From Callorhinchus milii (Eukaryota), in assembly GCF_018977255.1 (NCBI RefSeq), contig NW_024704742.1, positions 120,716,001 to 120,780,000 of the forward strand: DNA of 64,000 nt. Reading direction: 5' to 3'. Below the pieces are notes generated by a model. The model saw only the letters and a program-made list of their open reading frames with translations, was not told the origin of the DNA and did no database searches. Of this stretch, positions 62,337-64,000 are shown in pieces. Every line of letters starts with the position of its first letter. Positions within the stretch are counted from its first letter, which is position 1. The position numbers were made by a program, and so were the translations under genes.

Positions 62337-63463
62337 TTTTAAGCAGCTGATTGGAATCAGACCTCAGAAATCAATGCCTAAAGAGCCACTGAAATCTATT
62401 TCCCAAAGATTTATTCATCCACCTATGAGTTGGAGCTTATTTACAAATAAGCTTATTTACTAAGGGGATTTGTTTATGATAAACTATGAAGAATCAGGCC
62501 TCTAAGTTAAAACAAATATCTCATTAAAGTTTCAAGAGATTTCATTACCAGATAAAAAGATAACTATCACTCTCGTCTAGTCTAAAACTTTGCTTGAGGT
62601 TCACATCTTAGATGTGAGCTCTCCCCTAATGTAAAGGACAGGGATAAAGTGAATCTGAACAATGGTTTTCACCAGTTAGTGGTTTCCTAGCAGCTCTTAG
62701 GTTAACCCAAGCCCAACACCCATTAAAATGTTATTCTGGAACTCATATCACAACACAACTAGTGTCAAATGGAGTAACCAAAGACTTACAGAGATCCAAA
62801 ACAATGGTTTCTGCAAGCCAAAAATTGGTGATATTTCATTAAGGAGAAGCTCCAAGACATTATCCTGCCTGAAAGGTACTAAATAAACACAAATTATTGT
62901 TGATAGTAATTTCTACATTTATACTACTTTCAGAAAGAGATTGGCATTGAATACATTGAATAGAACACTAAACATATGGTTTCTTTCCACTTTAATGTGT
63001 GCTGTGAGCAAAGCATGCAGAGATATAAGGAAGGTTTCAGACTAGAAGAAATAGCAACTCTTTCACTCCCCACTGAGTTGTGGTTGTGTGCAACTGACTG
63101 AGCTTGAAAAAAGTCAATGTTGTTCTGTATTAATGAATATTTTTAAATAGAATTTGGCAAATGTCTGGCTCCAAACCCAGTTAAGTATTATAATGATAGA
63201 AAGATAGATTGAATGGTGGATGGGACATGATTTCTGAACTGCAGAGACTATGGAAATGTCATGCAAGGAAGACAATTAATCTTGAATAAATATTTTAGGA
63301 TATAAATTCATATATATATTTTAGTGTTAAATAAATAATAATCTTTGCATTTGATACAGTACCTTTTCATGTTATTGAAATGCGCCAAAGCGATTCAAAG
63401 AATCTATTATAACATGTACTGACTATTTATTTGCAGGTGAATGCGGCAGCCAATTTGAACATG

Positions 63464-63792
63464 TAATAATAATAATCCTTGCATTTGATAATGTCTTTGA
63501 GACATCTCAAAGTGCTTCACAGAATATACTGTAAAGTGAATTGACTATATATTTTGTTGCTGAAACACGACAGCCAATTCTGCACAGTCGTGGAATGAAG
63601 TGAACAATTTTTGTTTTTGAAGGAATTATTACCCACGGAAATTCAACCAGTTGACTAACAACTAAGGTTCCTACTTACTGCTAGGTAAACAGAGGAGTAA
63701 GGAAACTTGCCCAAGATTTCGTTCTGCCGGGAATCGAACCCAGGTCTCTCACTTGTGAAGCGAATGCTCTAACCACTAAGCTATATGACTCC
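63464..63792 (-). mobile_element. tRNA-derived SINE (long variant) nested in an older DeuSINE-like copy (63333-63463 and 63793-63930)
   Basis: The host reads ..GCAGCCAATTTGAACAT | SINE | ATAGCAATGTGCCACAAACAG..GGCCAGGTCACTGGGAGAAAC..GGGATCTTTAATGTCCAC, continuous across the insertion. Confidence 0.8.
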
Positions 63793-64000
63793 ACATATAG
63801 CAATGTGCCACAAACAGGGCCATTGGCCAGGTCACTGGGAGAAACGTTCCTCTCTTTTTGAATAGTCTAATGGGATCTTTAATGTCCACTTCTGGAACGA
63901 TGAACCTCTGTTTAATGTCATCTAAAAGATTTATTTTTGCCTGATTTACGTTTAAGGAGTCGGAGAGAAACTGTTCAGACTGGAGTAGAAATGTACACAT

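Overview
Vertebrate genomic DNA, not prokaryotic. The repeat landscape (DeuSINE-like and tRNA-SINE families, L2, CR1, a Penelope-like fragment) suggests a cartilaginous fish, but species assignment is inference only. The only supportable protein-coding gene is an intronless serotonin 5-HT1A receptor (HTR1A, 9503-10717, +). It lies in a repeat-poor, relatively CpG-retaining domain of about 11 kb. The rest is a gene-desert-like flank packed with tRNA(Ala)-headed SINEs, older DeuSINE-like copies, L2 and CR1 LINE fragments and three probable solo LTRs, often nested. I found no convincing new multi-gene system. The most notable observations are: (1) the HTR1A stop codon falls where mammals have the second palmitoylated C-terminal Cys, with a second in-frame stop at the mammalian terminus (KCKF*KG*); (2) two back-to-back divergent CTCF-like motifs beside an RE1/NRSE-like site about 1.4 kb upstream; (3) a perfect 48-bp inverted templated insertion inside an L2 tail; (4) SINE subfamilies whose 3' stem-loop tracks a specific L2 family. 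Repeat boundaries were read by eye and are approximate.
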